A stretch of DNA of 64,000 nucleotides, taken from NCBI RefSeq assembly GCF_009914755.1, contig NC_060926.1; one strand, given 5' to 3'. Below are positions 15,770-30,923 of this stretch, in pieces. Position 1 is the stretch's first letter, and every line of letters starts with the position of its first letter. Position numbers and translations under genes: made by a program. Under the pieces are notes generated by a model. That model was not told the origin of the DNA, did no database searches, and worked only from the letters and a program-made list of their open reading frames with translations. Source of the DNA: the human T2T-CHM13v2.0 reference genome, Homo sapiens.

Positions 15770-17012
15770 TTTTGCCCAGCTTTATTGAGTTATAATTGAC
15801 AAAAATTGTATGTATTTACAGTGTATGATGTGACACTCTGATACACTGTGAAATGATTAAATCAAGCTAATTAACATATCTATCATCTTGCATACCTATA
15901 TTTTTTGTGGAAAGAACATTTAAAATCTACTCTTTTAGCAATTTTCAATGTGGAACAATGGATCTCCAGAACTTAATCATCCTAAGTCAATCTTTATACC
16001 CTTTGACCATCTTCTCCCCATTCCAACAACCATTCTACTCTTTGTCTATGGGTTCAACTTTTAAAAGGTACCATATATATGTGAGATCACACAGTATTTG
16101 TCTTTCTGTGCCTGATGTGCTAATTTGTTTAGCATGATGTCCTCTATGTTCATCTACATTGCTACAAATGACAGGATTTCCTTCTTTTGTAAGGCAGAGT
16201 GTTATTTCATTGTATAGATAAAATAGGTTTGAGTATTCCTAATATGAAAATCCAAAATGCTCCAAAATCTGAGACTTTTTGAGTGCCAACATGATACTCA
16301 AAAACATAAACAAAAAAACCAAAAAATGCTCATTGGAGCACTTCAGATTTCTAGATTTGGCATGTTCAACCAGTAAGCACAATGCAAATATGATAACAAA
16401 TGAAAAAAATCCAAAATCAGACACACTTCTGGTCCCAAGCATTTTGGATAAGGGATACTCAATCTATACTTTCTTTATCCATTCATCCACTGATGGACAC
16501 TAAGGTCATTTCTATATCTTGGCTATTGTAAATAATGCTGCATTGAACATCAGAGTGCACAAATCTCTTCAACATGCTGATTTCATTTCCCTTGGTATGT
16601 AAGACCAGAAATGGAATTTCTGAATCATATGGTAATTCTCTTTGTAATGTTTAGAAGAATCTCCATCCTGTTTTTCATAATGGCTGTACCAATTTTACAT
16701 TCCCATCAACTATTTACAAACAAGGATTCCCTTTTCTCCACATCCTTACTAACAATTATCCATTACCTTTTTACTAACAGCCAGAGGTGTGAGATGGTTA
16801 TCTCATTGAGGTTTTAATTTATATTTCCCTAATGTTTAGTGATGTTGAGCATTTTTTCATATACCTATTGGCCATTTATATGTAGGTTTTACATTTAGGC
16901 CTTTGATCCATTTTGAGTTAATTTTTGTATATGATGTTAGGTAAGGGTCTAATTTCAATCTTCTGCAAATGGACATTAGTTTTTTCTGTACCATCTGTTG
17001 AAAAAACTGTCT
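15770..17012 (-). mobile_element. L1MA-type 3' end, interrupted by Tigger4a
   Basis: Antisense L1 3' motifs. Confidence 0.8.
16224..16466. mobile_element. Tigger4a/MER46-type MITE
   Basis: TIRs aggtttgagtattcct / agggatactcaatct; aaatgctccaaaatc core. Confidence 0.8.
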
Positions 17013-17488
17013 CTCGACCAATTTTAATTTGAAAATTTTGTAAGTACATTTTGTATTTTCCAAAAAACCCCAAAACAAACAACAAATAAAAACTTCAATG
17101 AAACTATACATTCAAAAAATTTTTTAAGAGTGTTTGATATGGACATCCAAAGATGAGTTAAATATTTGCTCATTTTAAATTGCAGAGCAGTCCCTTACAT
17201 ATACTGTAGAAGTGATCTTAAAGTGAATCAAGTGCTGCATCTCAATAAAAACACTTAGCAGCTCTTTGAGCTATTTTAAGGTAGAGCTTTAATTTGTGCT
17301 AATGCGAATGAACTCACAGCAGCAGAGAGAAAACAGGATACTCCACTTACAAGACATTTGGCTTCTAAATTCTTAAGAGAAAAAAAATGGCTAGAACTTT
17401 ATGACAATAATATTTTATAACACACAAGTTAGCTGTTTATTTTGTTTCTTGGAAATCAAATTTTCACTTATGTCGTAATTCACTTTTA

Positions 17489-17671
<183 letters not shown>

Positions 17672-17785
17672 TTATTTATCTTAAAAGGTCACAAAAGCAA
17701 TTACTGTTCAATGGAGATTTTTAAAAAGACTGAGAAGTCTTTTAAATGTTTACAATGTATTATTTTCAGAATATACACTCCCCTA

Positions 17786-17941
<156 letters not shown>

Positions 17942-18315
17942 TCAAGTGACTACCATCCTATTTCTATTACATATATACGGAAAAAAATCTCTGCTGCATG
18001 AAGAGCAAGTTCATTTTTTCCTACAATTAACAATGCAATCTTGTTCTCTAAAGTAGAATTAAACTACTGAGGGCTGAATAACTTTTTCTTTGTTTATATC
18101 AGATTCTGTGCTCTCCTCCCACACCCCCCAATAACAAATCAGAGCATCACATCTAATTTTTAAGAAGCAGTGCTGATCCTTATTTCACTTTATCATCTGA
18201 GATGTTTTTAAGAATGATATTATTTTGGGGTGACTTTTGGAACTCCAAGTTATTAACAGGTGTGAGTCTTTAAATTATTATTATTTTTACTTTAATCCCC
18301 TGTCTTTCAATAAAC

Positions 18316-18510
18316 CAGTGGTTCCCAAAGTGTGATTCCTGGACCAGTAGCTTCAGTATTACCAGAAATTTTTTACTTGGTCTGGAGTGGGGCCTGCAAA
18401 TTATCAGGCTCCCATTCCACAGCAACTAATGAGAAATTCTGCCTCAGCAACTGGTGTTTTAAAAAGCCCTCCAGGTGATTCTGATGCATGGTAAAGTTTA
18501 GAAACCACTG
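18316..18510. mobile_element. MER5A (hAT-Charlie)
   Basis: cagtggttc...gaaaccactg TIRs; ccctccaggtgattctgatgca. Confidence 0.85.
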
Positions 18511-18879
18511 CAATGGAAAAACGGTAAAAGACCGTAAGACATTATTTAGATTATTAACTCCCAGGATACAATGTGAATTCCCAGTTTAAGGTCAATGACA
18601 GGATGATTTACTAAAGTATGCAAATCTAGTAGTACTATTTATAATTTACATAGTCTTTCTCTCTCATAAATCTTCAGAAAAATGACCAAGTAAAATGATT
18701 TTAACATAGGTTTTTAAAACTAATTTTCTAGAATATTCAAATTTTACAATATCATTTTGACCAGTGGTGACAGACATCAATGGTAATACGTATGTCTATC
18801 AAAACTGCAAATTATTAATGAAAACCATTATTCCTATTATACAATCTGACAGTGACAATAAAATTTCCCTTCTGCCTCA

Positions 18880-18990
<111 letters not shown>

Positions 18991-19227
18991 CTATAAAAAG
19001 AATAAATGCAATTAAAATACATTTTTAAAAAGTAAAATGGCTAACATTTTGGTAATTAACTTTATACAAAAATTTTGGTTCTTCGTAATTACTCTAATTA
19101 TATTGTATATACAATGAATATCTTGCTTTTTTCAGTAACATTTTTATCCTATAGCATTTTGCCATGGTGTCATAAATTCTTGCAATACCTAATTTTTAGG
19201 CATTACTTATTATCCATAGTTTTTAAA

Positions 19228-19457
<230 letters not shown>

Positions 19458-19820
19458 TAAATATTCATTTTTTTCCTTTTTTTTTTTTTGAACATGTAAG
19501 CCCTTTCTAATTTCTCCCCCATTCTAAATTACACTTTGATAAACATCTTTGATTTTTACTTTTTTCTTTGTTATTCTAGTTCATCTAGTCATTCTGATGC
19601 ATTTTATAATGAAAAAAATTATCTCAAATCCTTTTGATTGTTATAGAAACTATATTAAGTCCATGAATTATTTTGGGAAATTTGATGTATTTTACAATAT
19701 CCATCATTGAAAAACATGGATTATCTTCCCAAGAATTTAAATTTTTATCTAGATATATACATGAGATTTTGGTAGTTTTCTTCAAATGAATGCTACAACT
19801 GAAAGAAATAAATGACATTA

Positions 19821-20197
<377 letters not shown>

Positions 20198-20893
20198 TTA
20201 CATTCCAACAGTTTTTGACTTTCAACATTTTTGATAAAACTTGAGATGAGGATGTTAATAGCTGACAAACTGAAACTGGCTCTGCTGAAACAGCATTTTA
20301 AAGGTATAAACTGAATATTGTATGACTTCAGAAATATCAGTTCTCTAGTCTAACAGTTTCAACTGCCACCAGTAGGAGGAGCTCAAGGACTAATTTTCCT
20401 TTTCATTATATCATTATCTTAAAAATTTTAAAAAGATCATACTAAGTTTAGCTTTTATCCTCTTTGGAGTCTTGGTTTTAGAAAATGAGATTGGAAAGTA
20501 GCTATTACATAAGAGGGAGAGAGGAACCTCATTCATCTTGAAGTCTCATGAGACAGCAGGGGTACACAGGGAAGACCATTTCTAAATAATTTTCAAATAA
20601 CTTGGAGGTCATTTCCAACTAATCCGACATAGGTATCACTTTTAGAGACACCTCACAACAACTTCGTAAAAATATTAAATACTGAGTTAATCAGATCATC
20701 TGGGAGAAAGGCAGGCTGTCTGAATATTTCTCAATTTTCTAAGAAAAAAATTTTTTTAATGTTGTCCTTCTTCGGTTTTTATTTATTCCAGAATCATACC
20801 ATTCTAGGAAGCTCAGACCCCTCTGCAATTGTTTTTAGTCCCAAGAGACATTTCAGAATTAGAAAAAGAAATCCAGCATATAAAGAGTCCTAC

Positions 20894-20936
20894 CTTTTCC
20901 TTTACCAAATGACCCAACAGCTTTTCATTTGGTGTG
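20894..20936 (-). CDS. DARS1: DARS1 exon 12 (43 nt), TPNEKLLGHLVKEK
   Basis: Translation; canonical splice sites; frame continuity. Confidence 0.96.
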
Positions 20937-21714
20937 CTGAAAAAGAAACGTGAAATCAGTGTTTGAAGATCAAATGGCAACTTAAAAACATTAATAAGGA
21001 ACTTCTTCTATTTGAGTTTCTCAAGGGATTACAAAATTTGGCCAGAACACGCAGTTGTCTATTCTGCTCTTTTCTTAAAAGGCAAGTACTACTGAAAATC
21101 ACTTATGAGTATACCTTGGTACAGTGACTCAGTGCTTAGTAGATGCTGCTCAAATATTTAATTAAAGCAATAAACAGAATATAGCAATTCATTGATTCAG
21201 AAATATCATGGATGAAGTAATTTCCTACAATTACACATAATAAAAGTTCGCTATACTAATATGGGCTAGTCTTGCCATGAAATAATCTTCCCTTTTTGGT
21301 ACTCTTTATCAATGGTTTATGAAATAAAAATTAGTATTATCCAAGGTTTTAAAAGTGTTTATATAAACACGTTACATTTCTATGGCCAAGAGGTAGCTAC
21401 TTCAGCTTCTATCTTATGTAAAAACAATTTCTAAAATACTTAAAAAAATACTACCTAAGCTTATAGGATTTTCATCTTGCCTTAAAATGTCATCTAGCAA
21501 TGTAGGCAATATTTAAAGCCATATATATATATTTTTTTTTGTTAAACAAAAATAAAGGGTTTTGGGTGAATTGTTTTTTGAGAAACCCTAAAAAGTGACA
21601 ATAATCATTTCCTTTCCCTCCTAAATACACATGTATTGTGATGGTTTAAAGGAATCATTCAAGGAAGTCTTGAATAAAATATAAGTAGATAGAAATTACC
21701 TTTACATGTTTTGT

Positions 21715-22010
21715 TTATTTATTTTTTACAGACAGGCTTTCACTCTGTCACCCAGGCTGGAGTACAGTGGCATGATCATGGGTTACTACAGCCTTGATAC
21801 TCCTGGGCACAAGTGATCCAATTGCCTCAGCCTCTGGAGTAGTTGGGACTACAGGTGTGTGCCACCATGTTCAGCTAAATTTTAAATTTTTTTGTACAGA
21901 CAGCATCTCTCTGTGTTGTCCAGGCTGGTCCCGAAATCCTGGCTCATATGATCCTCCTACCTTGGCTTCTCAAAGTACTGGGATTACAGGCATGAGCCAC
22001 CATGCCCAGC
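21715..22010 (-). mobile_element. AluJ
   Basis: Full dimer. Confidence 0.9.
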
Positions 22011-22527
22011 CTCAATCTTTATTAAACTACATAATTTGTTTCAAAATTATAAGTCGTATGATCTAAATTTAGATAATACTATACTAAATACTATATATAA
22101 TATAGTATGTATGACACTATATAAACAATATTGACTTTTATAACTTTTGGATGTTAACAGTTTATACCCCGATCCTGTGTGGGGATGGATTTAGACTGCT
22201 GTCTACCTTCTCTAATACCACTAATCTGGAAAGAGAAGTAACATATTAGAAGATAAAATCACAGGCAAAACTCTCTATACTCTTTAAAGAGTTACAAACA
22301 TGAGGGGAAAATAATGGAAAATGGTGTTTATAAACAAAATTATGAAAACTTAGGCAAACTATAGTAAACACTTTTATTTCAGATCACACATTATATAAAA
22401 GAGCATCATACTGTATACCAAAGTTAATAAAATGTAAGTGTATCAGGTGAAAAAAATCATTTATTAATATTTTCATTTTTTCTTATCTTAAACCAAATTA
22501 CCAAGGTTTTAAAAATCACAAAGACAA

Positions 22528-22817
<290 letters not shown>

Positions 22818-23339
22818 TTAATAAAATGTATGAGATAAATGTTTCCCCCACAAGAGGTCACTGTGGCAATATACAAAAATCAATCTTTGAATCAGTATAT
22901 ACACCAGGAAAAGCATTATCAAATTATTAAAGAATGAAATTTAAATACTTAAAATATTTAACACCATTTTTCAATCTCGTTTTTGTAACCACAGTAACAT
23001 CAAAGGATTAAAAATTTTCTTTATAATTCATATCAGTTAATATGGTTAGAAATATAAAATGCCCATTTTATGAAGCATTACAAAAATCTGACTTTTTAAT
23101 CCTTTAACAATTCTTGTTATCACTGAGGAAGACCAAATTAATGAGTATTTGTCTTATCTTCCCCCATCAGTATTACACTGTATGTTCAGGGGAGTGCCAG
23201 TTTCTTTCCCATTTTGATAATCTCTATAGTACAATGCCTACCCTATATATATAGAAGGTACAGGACAATGTTTACTGCACTGAGCTGAATTTCTGCTATG
23301 GAAGATGATATTTTATTGAGATTTAAAAGGTCTATTTTT

Positions 23340-23610
23340 GACCGGGTGCAGTGGCTCACACCTGTAATCCCAGCACTTTGGGAGGAGGATCACTTGAGGT
23401 CGGGAGTTTAAGACCAGTCTGGCCAACATGGTGAAACCCCATCTCTACTAAAACTACAAAAATTATTTGGGTGTGGTCGGGAGGCTGAGGCAGGAGAATT
23501 GTTTGGGCCTGAGAGGTGAAGGCTGCAGCGAGCCAAGATCGGCCATTGCCCTCCAGCCTGGGCGACAGAGCAAGACTCGTCTCAAAAAAAAGAAAAAGAA
23601 AAAGAAAAAA
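23340..23610 (+). mobile_element. Alu with internal deletions
   Basis: TSD gtctatttttg. Confidence 0.9.
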
Positions 23611-23896
23611 ATGTCTATTTTTGCTGGAGTATTTATGTATTAAATGATGGCTGGGATTTGCTTCAAAATAATAGTGAATGAGGGAAATGGGTAAACACAA
23701 TTGGCCACAGGTTGACAAGGACTGAAACTGGTTGATGAGTTCATGGGGGCTCATTAGACTATTGCACATCCTTTTGTATGTGTTTGAAATTTTTCCATAA
23801 TTAACAGACTTGAAAAAAGTATGTTTATATTCTATATACAGAAAAAAGTATGTTTGTATTTTATATATAGAATTCTTTACCTAGAATTTACATTCT

Positions 23897-24200
23897 ATTT
23901 TTATTTTTTTTAATTTCTGAGACAGGGTCCCACTCTGTTGCTCAGGCTGGAGCGCAGTGGTGCAATCTTGGCTCACCACAACCTCGGCCTTCTGGGCTTA
24001 ATCGATCCTCCCACCTGAAGCCTCCTGAGTAGCTGGGACTACAGGTATGTGCCACTATGACCGGCTAATTTTTTGTTACTTTTTGCAGAGATGGGATTTC
24101 ACCATGTTGCCCAGGCTGGTCTTGAACTCCTAGGCTCAAGCAATCTGCCCGTCTCGGCCTCCCAAAGTGTTAGGATTACAGATGTGCACCATGCCCGGCC
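23897..24200 (-). mobile_element. AluJ
   Basis: TSD ctagaattta.attct. Confidence 0.9.
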
Positions 24201-24318
24201 TAGAATTTATATTCTCGAAATTAAAACACTATCATTTCTTGATTGGTCTTACAGGCTTTCGTGGGAATAATAAAGCTTAGCCATTGATTTATTAAAATCT
24301 TGATGTAAGAAGGGTTAA

Positions 24319-24642
<324 letters not shown>

Positions 24643-25464
24643 TCCCAAATGATTTTTAAATAGCTTTTCTTTGCTTTATATATCAACTCCCATTCATCAT
24701 GTCTATCAATGGTAGTACAAAAATATGACTATCAATACTTTAAAATACATTTATATATGTATTTTATACACATATATATTTGGATATATATACAATACAT
24801 ATACATACAATAGAATACAAATACATTTGTATATGTATTTTTCTATGAGAGGTAAATACTAATGATAAACACGAGAGGAACATGACACAGGTCAGATAAC
24901 CCAATAAACAAGCCCTGACACCAAAACTTAAAATTCCTAAATGACTTGAAGAACATACAAAGAAGGTTTTTATTTTCAAATTGCCACCTTAACTCTACTG
25001 AAAAAGTTCAGCAGTAATGGCGTTTGAGTCTAATTTGTAAGTAGAGATTTGATTAATCCCAAGGACTCAAATTCATGCTTGGTCTGTTGTTATAAAAATC
25101 AAAGTGGAAATGTCAAACTCTATTATTTAATGGAGAAGCTATCAGTATTTTTAAAAAATGAGTTTCTGAAACTTTCTTGGATTATAAATGCGAACAGAAA
25201 ATGAGAAAAGCTGTGTGTGCTCCTTCATTGTAGTTCTAAAGTATATTTTGTCTTATAAGGAAAATGTTATCAGTTGTTCCATGAACCATTGAAAACTGAT
25301 TAAAATAAACTGCATCAAAATGTTTTAGAGAACAAAGATATAAAAAGAAAAAGGCTGTCTGCAATTAACTAGCTATCAAAGGTACAAAGCTGCAGAGAAT
25401 GCCTGGAAATACTGGCACTTATGCTACAGTATTCTTAAGATCAGTGATTGATTTCTACATTCTA

Positions 25465-25756
25465 TTTTTTCTTTGAGACAGAGTCTTGCTCTGTTGCCCA
25501 GGCTGGAGTGCAGTGGCGTGATCCAGCTCACTGCAACCTCCGCCTCCTAGGTTCAAGTGATTCCCCTGCCTCAGCCTCCCAAGTAGCTGGGATTACAGGA
25601 GCGTGCCACCATGCCCAGCTAATTTTTGTATTTTTAGTAGAGATGGGGTTTTGCTAAGTTGGCCGGGTCGGTCTTGAACTTCTGACCTCAAGTGATCCGC
25701 CTGCCTCAGCCTCCCAAAGTGCTGGGATTACAGGCGTGAGCCACCTTGCCAGGCCA
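25465..25756 (-). mobile_element. AluS
   Basis: TSD atttctacattct. Confidence 0.94.
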
Positions 25757-26359
25757 ATTTCTACATTCTTAAACATACTCATTAGCCCTGCAATGCAGTA
25801 AATAAAATTCGTATTTTTGAACTCTTTTAAAATACCAATGAAACATATCAAATACATCAACAAGGAATAGTTGAATTGCTGGTCTTCAAATAAAAATTTT
25901 AAATATGATCTTCTGTCACTTATTAAAATGCTAGCTTAGACTATTATAGCTTACCTAATACTTGAAATATAGTCACAAATACAGAAAGAGGGAAAAATAG
26001 AGACTTTCTTAATCAACTTGACTCGGTTCTATTTTCTTTTCCTATTCTCTCTATGTTAAACATCATCATAAATAAACAACTTTCAATGACCTGTAAAGGG
26101 AAGAGCTCTTTGCCAGTTTAGAGGGTGTAGGTGAAGTGCACATTCTACATGATTCAATTTTCTGAACATCTAGAACACATCTAATATTTCTATAAATGTT
26201 AATTCATCAGATCCAAATAGATTTAAATATCCGTTCAGTCTACTAGTTTCTAATCTTTACTGAGCACTTAATGTAAATATAAATTGATTTAAGAATTAAC
26301 CATATTTGACCAGGCTTAATTTACATGTCGACAGATTCAGTTGACTGAAGGAACTTTTT

Positions 26360-26520
26360 GCCTCTGAGGTGGGTAATAATGCTATTTCCACTTAATGGCT
26401 GAGGAAACTGAGGCACAGAATTAAATAACCTGCACAAGGCCCACACAGAGAAGGAGCAGAGCTGGGATTTGAACTCAGGCTATCTGGATGTTGCTGAATC
26501 CAACCTCTTACACACTACCC
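26360..26520. mobile_element. MIR
   Basis: gaggaaactgaggcacaga...gggatttgaactcagg core. Confidence 0.8.
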
Positions 26521-26876
26521 TCATACTGTTTCCCAAATAAACTGTTAAAAGAAACACATGCTGTATTTCTTGAGACATTCGGGATGTCAGTATAAAGGAA
26601 ACAAAAACAACAACAAAATACAGTTGGACTGTTCACAATGTGGTAAATTTACTAGCACAATAGAGGTTAATTAGTTGAGCCCCCAAATGATTTGGATCCA
26701 GAAGCAGTATTCTGAGTGTAGATTTTTCCAACCAATTAAATGGATCATCTAACTGGTAAATCTTTATATATATGTTCATAGAAACTTAAGTTTGTATGTT
26801 TAAATTGAAGAATTTTTTTTTTAAAGGGCCCAAACATTTGAAATTAAGTCCATCTAGGTGCATAAAATACTTTTTA

Positions 26877-27065
<189 letters not shown>

Positions 27066-27420
27066 TCAATTTTGGATAAATAGGGATTTAAATACAAACT
27101 TTTATTTAGTTGGATTCCAGTGGTATTATTTTCATATTACAGGGCTGGAAGGACCTCTGATGAACCATCTGTTTGAGCATTATCTTGGACAGCAAGTTCA
27201 TTATAAACTCCTACGGTCGTGCAATAAAAGCCGTACCAAATGTAAATTAATAAGAGAGGTTCATGAGAACCCTGGGGGAATGCAAGATCCTGAGGTGTCT
27301 TCTCAATATTTAAAAATATATTCAATTATGACCAAGATAGTGAGTTCTTCTCAATTTTATTAAAACCTGACTCAAACTAAGTGAAACTCTACCAATAAAG
27401 TAACATACGTATTCCATTTG

Positions 27421-27689
27421 ACTACAGTAGTCATTTATAGGAATATTTGTGATGTGAAAGATGAGTCGAGCTAGAGTCAGGAAGACTGGACAGGAGGAAA
27501 AGGCACTGAGGATATTAAGAGCCATTAGCTCAGTCCAGCTAATATCCAGTCCAGCCTTAATATCCTCAGTGCCTTTTCCTCCTGTCCAGTCTTTTTGACT
27601 CTAGTTCGACTCATCTTTCACATCACTAATATTCCTATAATACATCCTTGCTCAGAAACTTACAATGGTTCCCAAATGACTACTGTAGT
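27421..27689. repeat. Long inverted repeat: 85-bp arms (27435-27519 / 27556-27640) plus 16-bp outer arms
   Basis: 81/85 complementary by manual alignment. Confidence 0.95.
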
Positions 27690-28094
27690 AAGACATAAAA
27701 TGACCAAAAAAACCCTAAAACCTTTATGCTTTCGTAAGTTAATCCTAACCTATATTTCTCACTTCTTAATACTAACTTGTCTTATTTTTGTTTTCTTGTG
27801 TAGTTCTTGCTCTTTACTTACTCTGCTTCCTGTCTAGAACTCCATCTCTGTTGTCTATATATCCTACTTTGTCCTTAAAGTACATCTCAGTTTGAATTTT
27901 CTTTTATGGTGACTCTAGCAAACTCCATTTTCTCTCTTTTTACAGTTACTATTTATACTACATAATTAACACCCATTTGCTGATGGTATAGGACAATCTG
28001 ATCATTCATTGTGAAAATTATTTGATTATTCCCTATGACTGTGATATGTATGTATGTCTTAGTCTTGGGAGCAGGCACAATATTGATTCCCTTA

Positions 28095-28253
28095 TCACTC
28101 AAAGCATGATCTGGAAATGAGCAGCATCAACAATACCCAGGACTTGTGAGAACTGCAGAATCTCAGACCTCTCCCCAGATTTACTGATCAGAATCTGTAT
28201 TTTAACAAGATCTCCAGGTAATCTGTGTGCATATTAACATTTGAGAAGTGCTG
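28095..28253. mobile_element. MER5A-like
   Basis: cagcatcaac...gaatctgtattttaacaagatctccaggt...ttgagaagtgctg. Confidence 0.75.
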
Positions 28254-29208
28254 GCTGGTTCTTCTTTTATGTACATGGTACCTAGCACAAGGTTATATAA
28301 GCAGCAGGTGTTCAACAAATAACTAGTTAATAAATTCAGAAAATTAAGACCCTTAATGATCTTGCCAGTTTCTCTATTAGCAAGTATTTAATTTTTATTA
28401 AGGTATCAAAAAACATATATAAAATAACTTGGTAAGTGTTAAATAAAGTAACGCTGGCTTTTCACTTACAATTAGCTTCAAAAAAGAATTTGCCACATGA
28501 TTATGTGCCTGTGCTTGACTTTTAGCAAACATTTCTTAAAAACCATATTAATATAATTTATTAAATATAACATATTTGTTAGTAGTTTCTAATGGACATC
28601 AGCACATTACCAATAGTAAGGACAATACAAACAAAATAGTGAAACAGAACAGCTCTGGAATAAAATTGATAGCAAATTAGACAGAGGTACACTGTAAACT
28701 TACAGGAGTAAGAAATTATAAAGGACAAAAACATATATTTCTTTGACCACTGCAACTACCTGCTCTTCAGTGCTGATAGGGAGCTGAAAAGAGTCCAAAT
28801 GGGAGCTAATTCTGTTCTAACTGCACTGAGGTATATTAAAATATATACTTAGGTATATTTCAGATGGTGTATATTTTCAAGAAACGCATTTTTAAAATGA
28901 CATATTCTCAAGATAAAAATTTTCTTCAGCATTCCTCTGTAAGAATACATATGTTTATAATTGTATTCACATGGAATGATGCTCAACTGTTTAAAGTACT
29001 ATTGACCATATTATTATTACTATTACTTTTAAGAAAATGTCTACCCAAATATATTATCTCTAACTCAAAGTCTAGCATTTGTGTAGTCAGCAGATAAAAT
29101 AATTTAAGCTTTCAAAGTGTCTGTACATTATATAAGTAAAATGTTTCTAAAATTATAACTGCTGTATAATTAATTAACTTGGATAAAACATAACTGCCAA
29201 AATCTTAC

Positions 29209-29343
29209 CTGGTCCAATAGAGAAAACCTTCTCAAAATCAGCACAAATGCACATTTGCTTATATAGCTGTGGGGACTGAGCCAGGTATGCATTATTTTTA
29301 AAATATGACACAGTAAAAACATTGGCTCCTCCTTCACTGGCAG
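29209..29343 (-). CDS. DARS1: DARS1 exon 9 (135 nt), ASEGGANVF...[10 protein letters not shown]...KVFSIGP
   Basis: Translation with the AspRS/AsnRS signature [10 protein letters not shown]; canonical splice sites. Confidence 0.97.
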
Positions 29344-29685
29344 CTGAAAGGTAAACATTTATATTTATATTATTATAATCAATTGTAAACTTATCAATGC
29401 AAACCTCTAGTTAAAAAGTTTATACTCAGGTAACTCACTTTAACAAAAACTGGAAAATGAAGAATTGTGGCTAAATCACAGTCTATATACATCATCTTCT
29501 ATGTGATTCTAAATAGTTTATATTTAAACCAGATTTACTTCTTTGGCTATGCTTTTATTTCACTTCTGTGGATATATATGCTCCCTTTCTGCATCAATTT
29601 CAAAACTATTAAAGCCCCTTTGGAGTTGTTAAAATTTTTTTTTTAAAATGAAAAAATATATTCTTCATCATTTTTCCTCTTTTAA

Positions 29686-30012
<327 letters not shown>

Positions 30013-30160
30013 TGGAATAATCATTTTTCTAATTATTAAGAATGCAATGTTCAATTGTGAATTTGTAACAAAATGCCATTTGTAACACACTTTCTAGTGT
30101 TAAACAAATCTAAAAAGGGTAAAATGATTAAGACAAGATTCTCATACAAGAATAAGAATT

Positions 30161-30426
30161 AGCCAGGCGTGGTGGCTCACATCTGTAATCCCAGCACTCT
30201 GGCAGGCCGAGGCAGATGGATTACCTCAGGTTGGGAGTTCGAGACCAGCCTGACCAACATGGAGAAACCCTGTATCTACTAAACATACAAAATTGGCTCG
30301 GCGTGGTGGTGCATGCTTGTAATCCCAGCTACTCGGGAGGCTGAGGCAGGAGAATCGCTTGAACCTGGGAGGTGGAGGTTCGGTGAGCCGAATTCACAAC
30401 ACTGCACTCCAGCCTGGGCAACAAGA
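30161..30426 (+). mobile_element. AluSp/Sq-like element lacking its 3' end and tail
   Basis: gaccaacatggagaaaccc diagnostic; ends at gggcaacaaga. Confidence 0.9.
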
Positions 30427-30782
30427 ATTAAGGAAATTTTCCCATCATTAGTATTTACTGATTTTACAATGCAGTTTATACAAAACAAAACTGCAATACT
30501 AATTTCAAAAGAAATCTATATAATGAAAGTAGTTCCTGGTGTAAGTTCTGTAACAAGAATCTTGCTTTGTGTGTTACTGCCTCACATTACAATCATTATC
30601 ACAAAAGGACTCCTGGAATAAGAAAATGTACTTATTAAGGTTGGTGATATATGATTGTTGCTATATAAGATGGTCTTCAAAATAGTAGTCTCATGGCAAT
30701 AAACCTTAATGGACACTTGGGATTCTCAAGTTAAAAATTTTATTAATATAAAGCAACTCTGGGGAGAGCAAATTTATTTTTA

Positions 30783-30923
<141 letters not shown>

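Noticed and set aside
22168-22225. Possible 58-nt cryptic minus-strand exon in intron 11 with a good acceptor (cttctctttccag)
   Set aside because: Donors (GTATAA, GTAGAC) are weak and there is no transcript evidence; such sites are common by chance.
27322-27837. Two divergent ORFs sharing LxRLIFHITNIPI
   Set aside because: Artefact of the inverted repeat, not paralogous genes.
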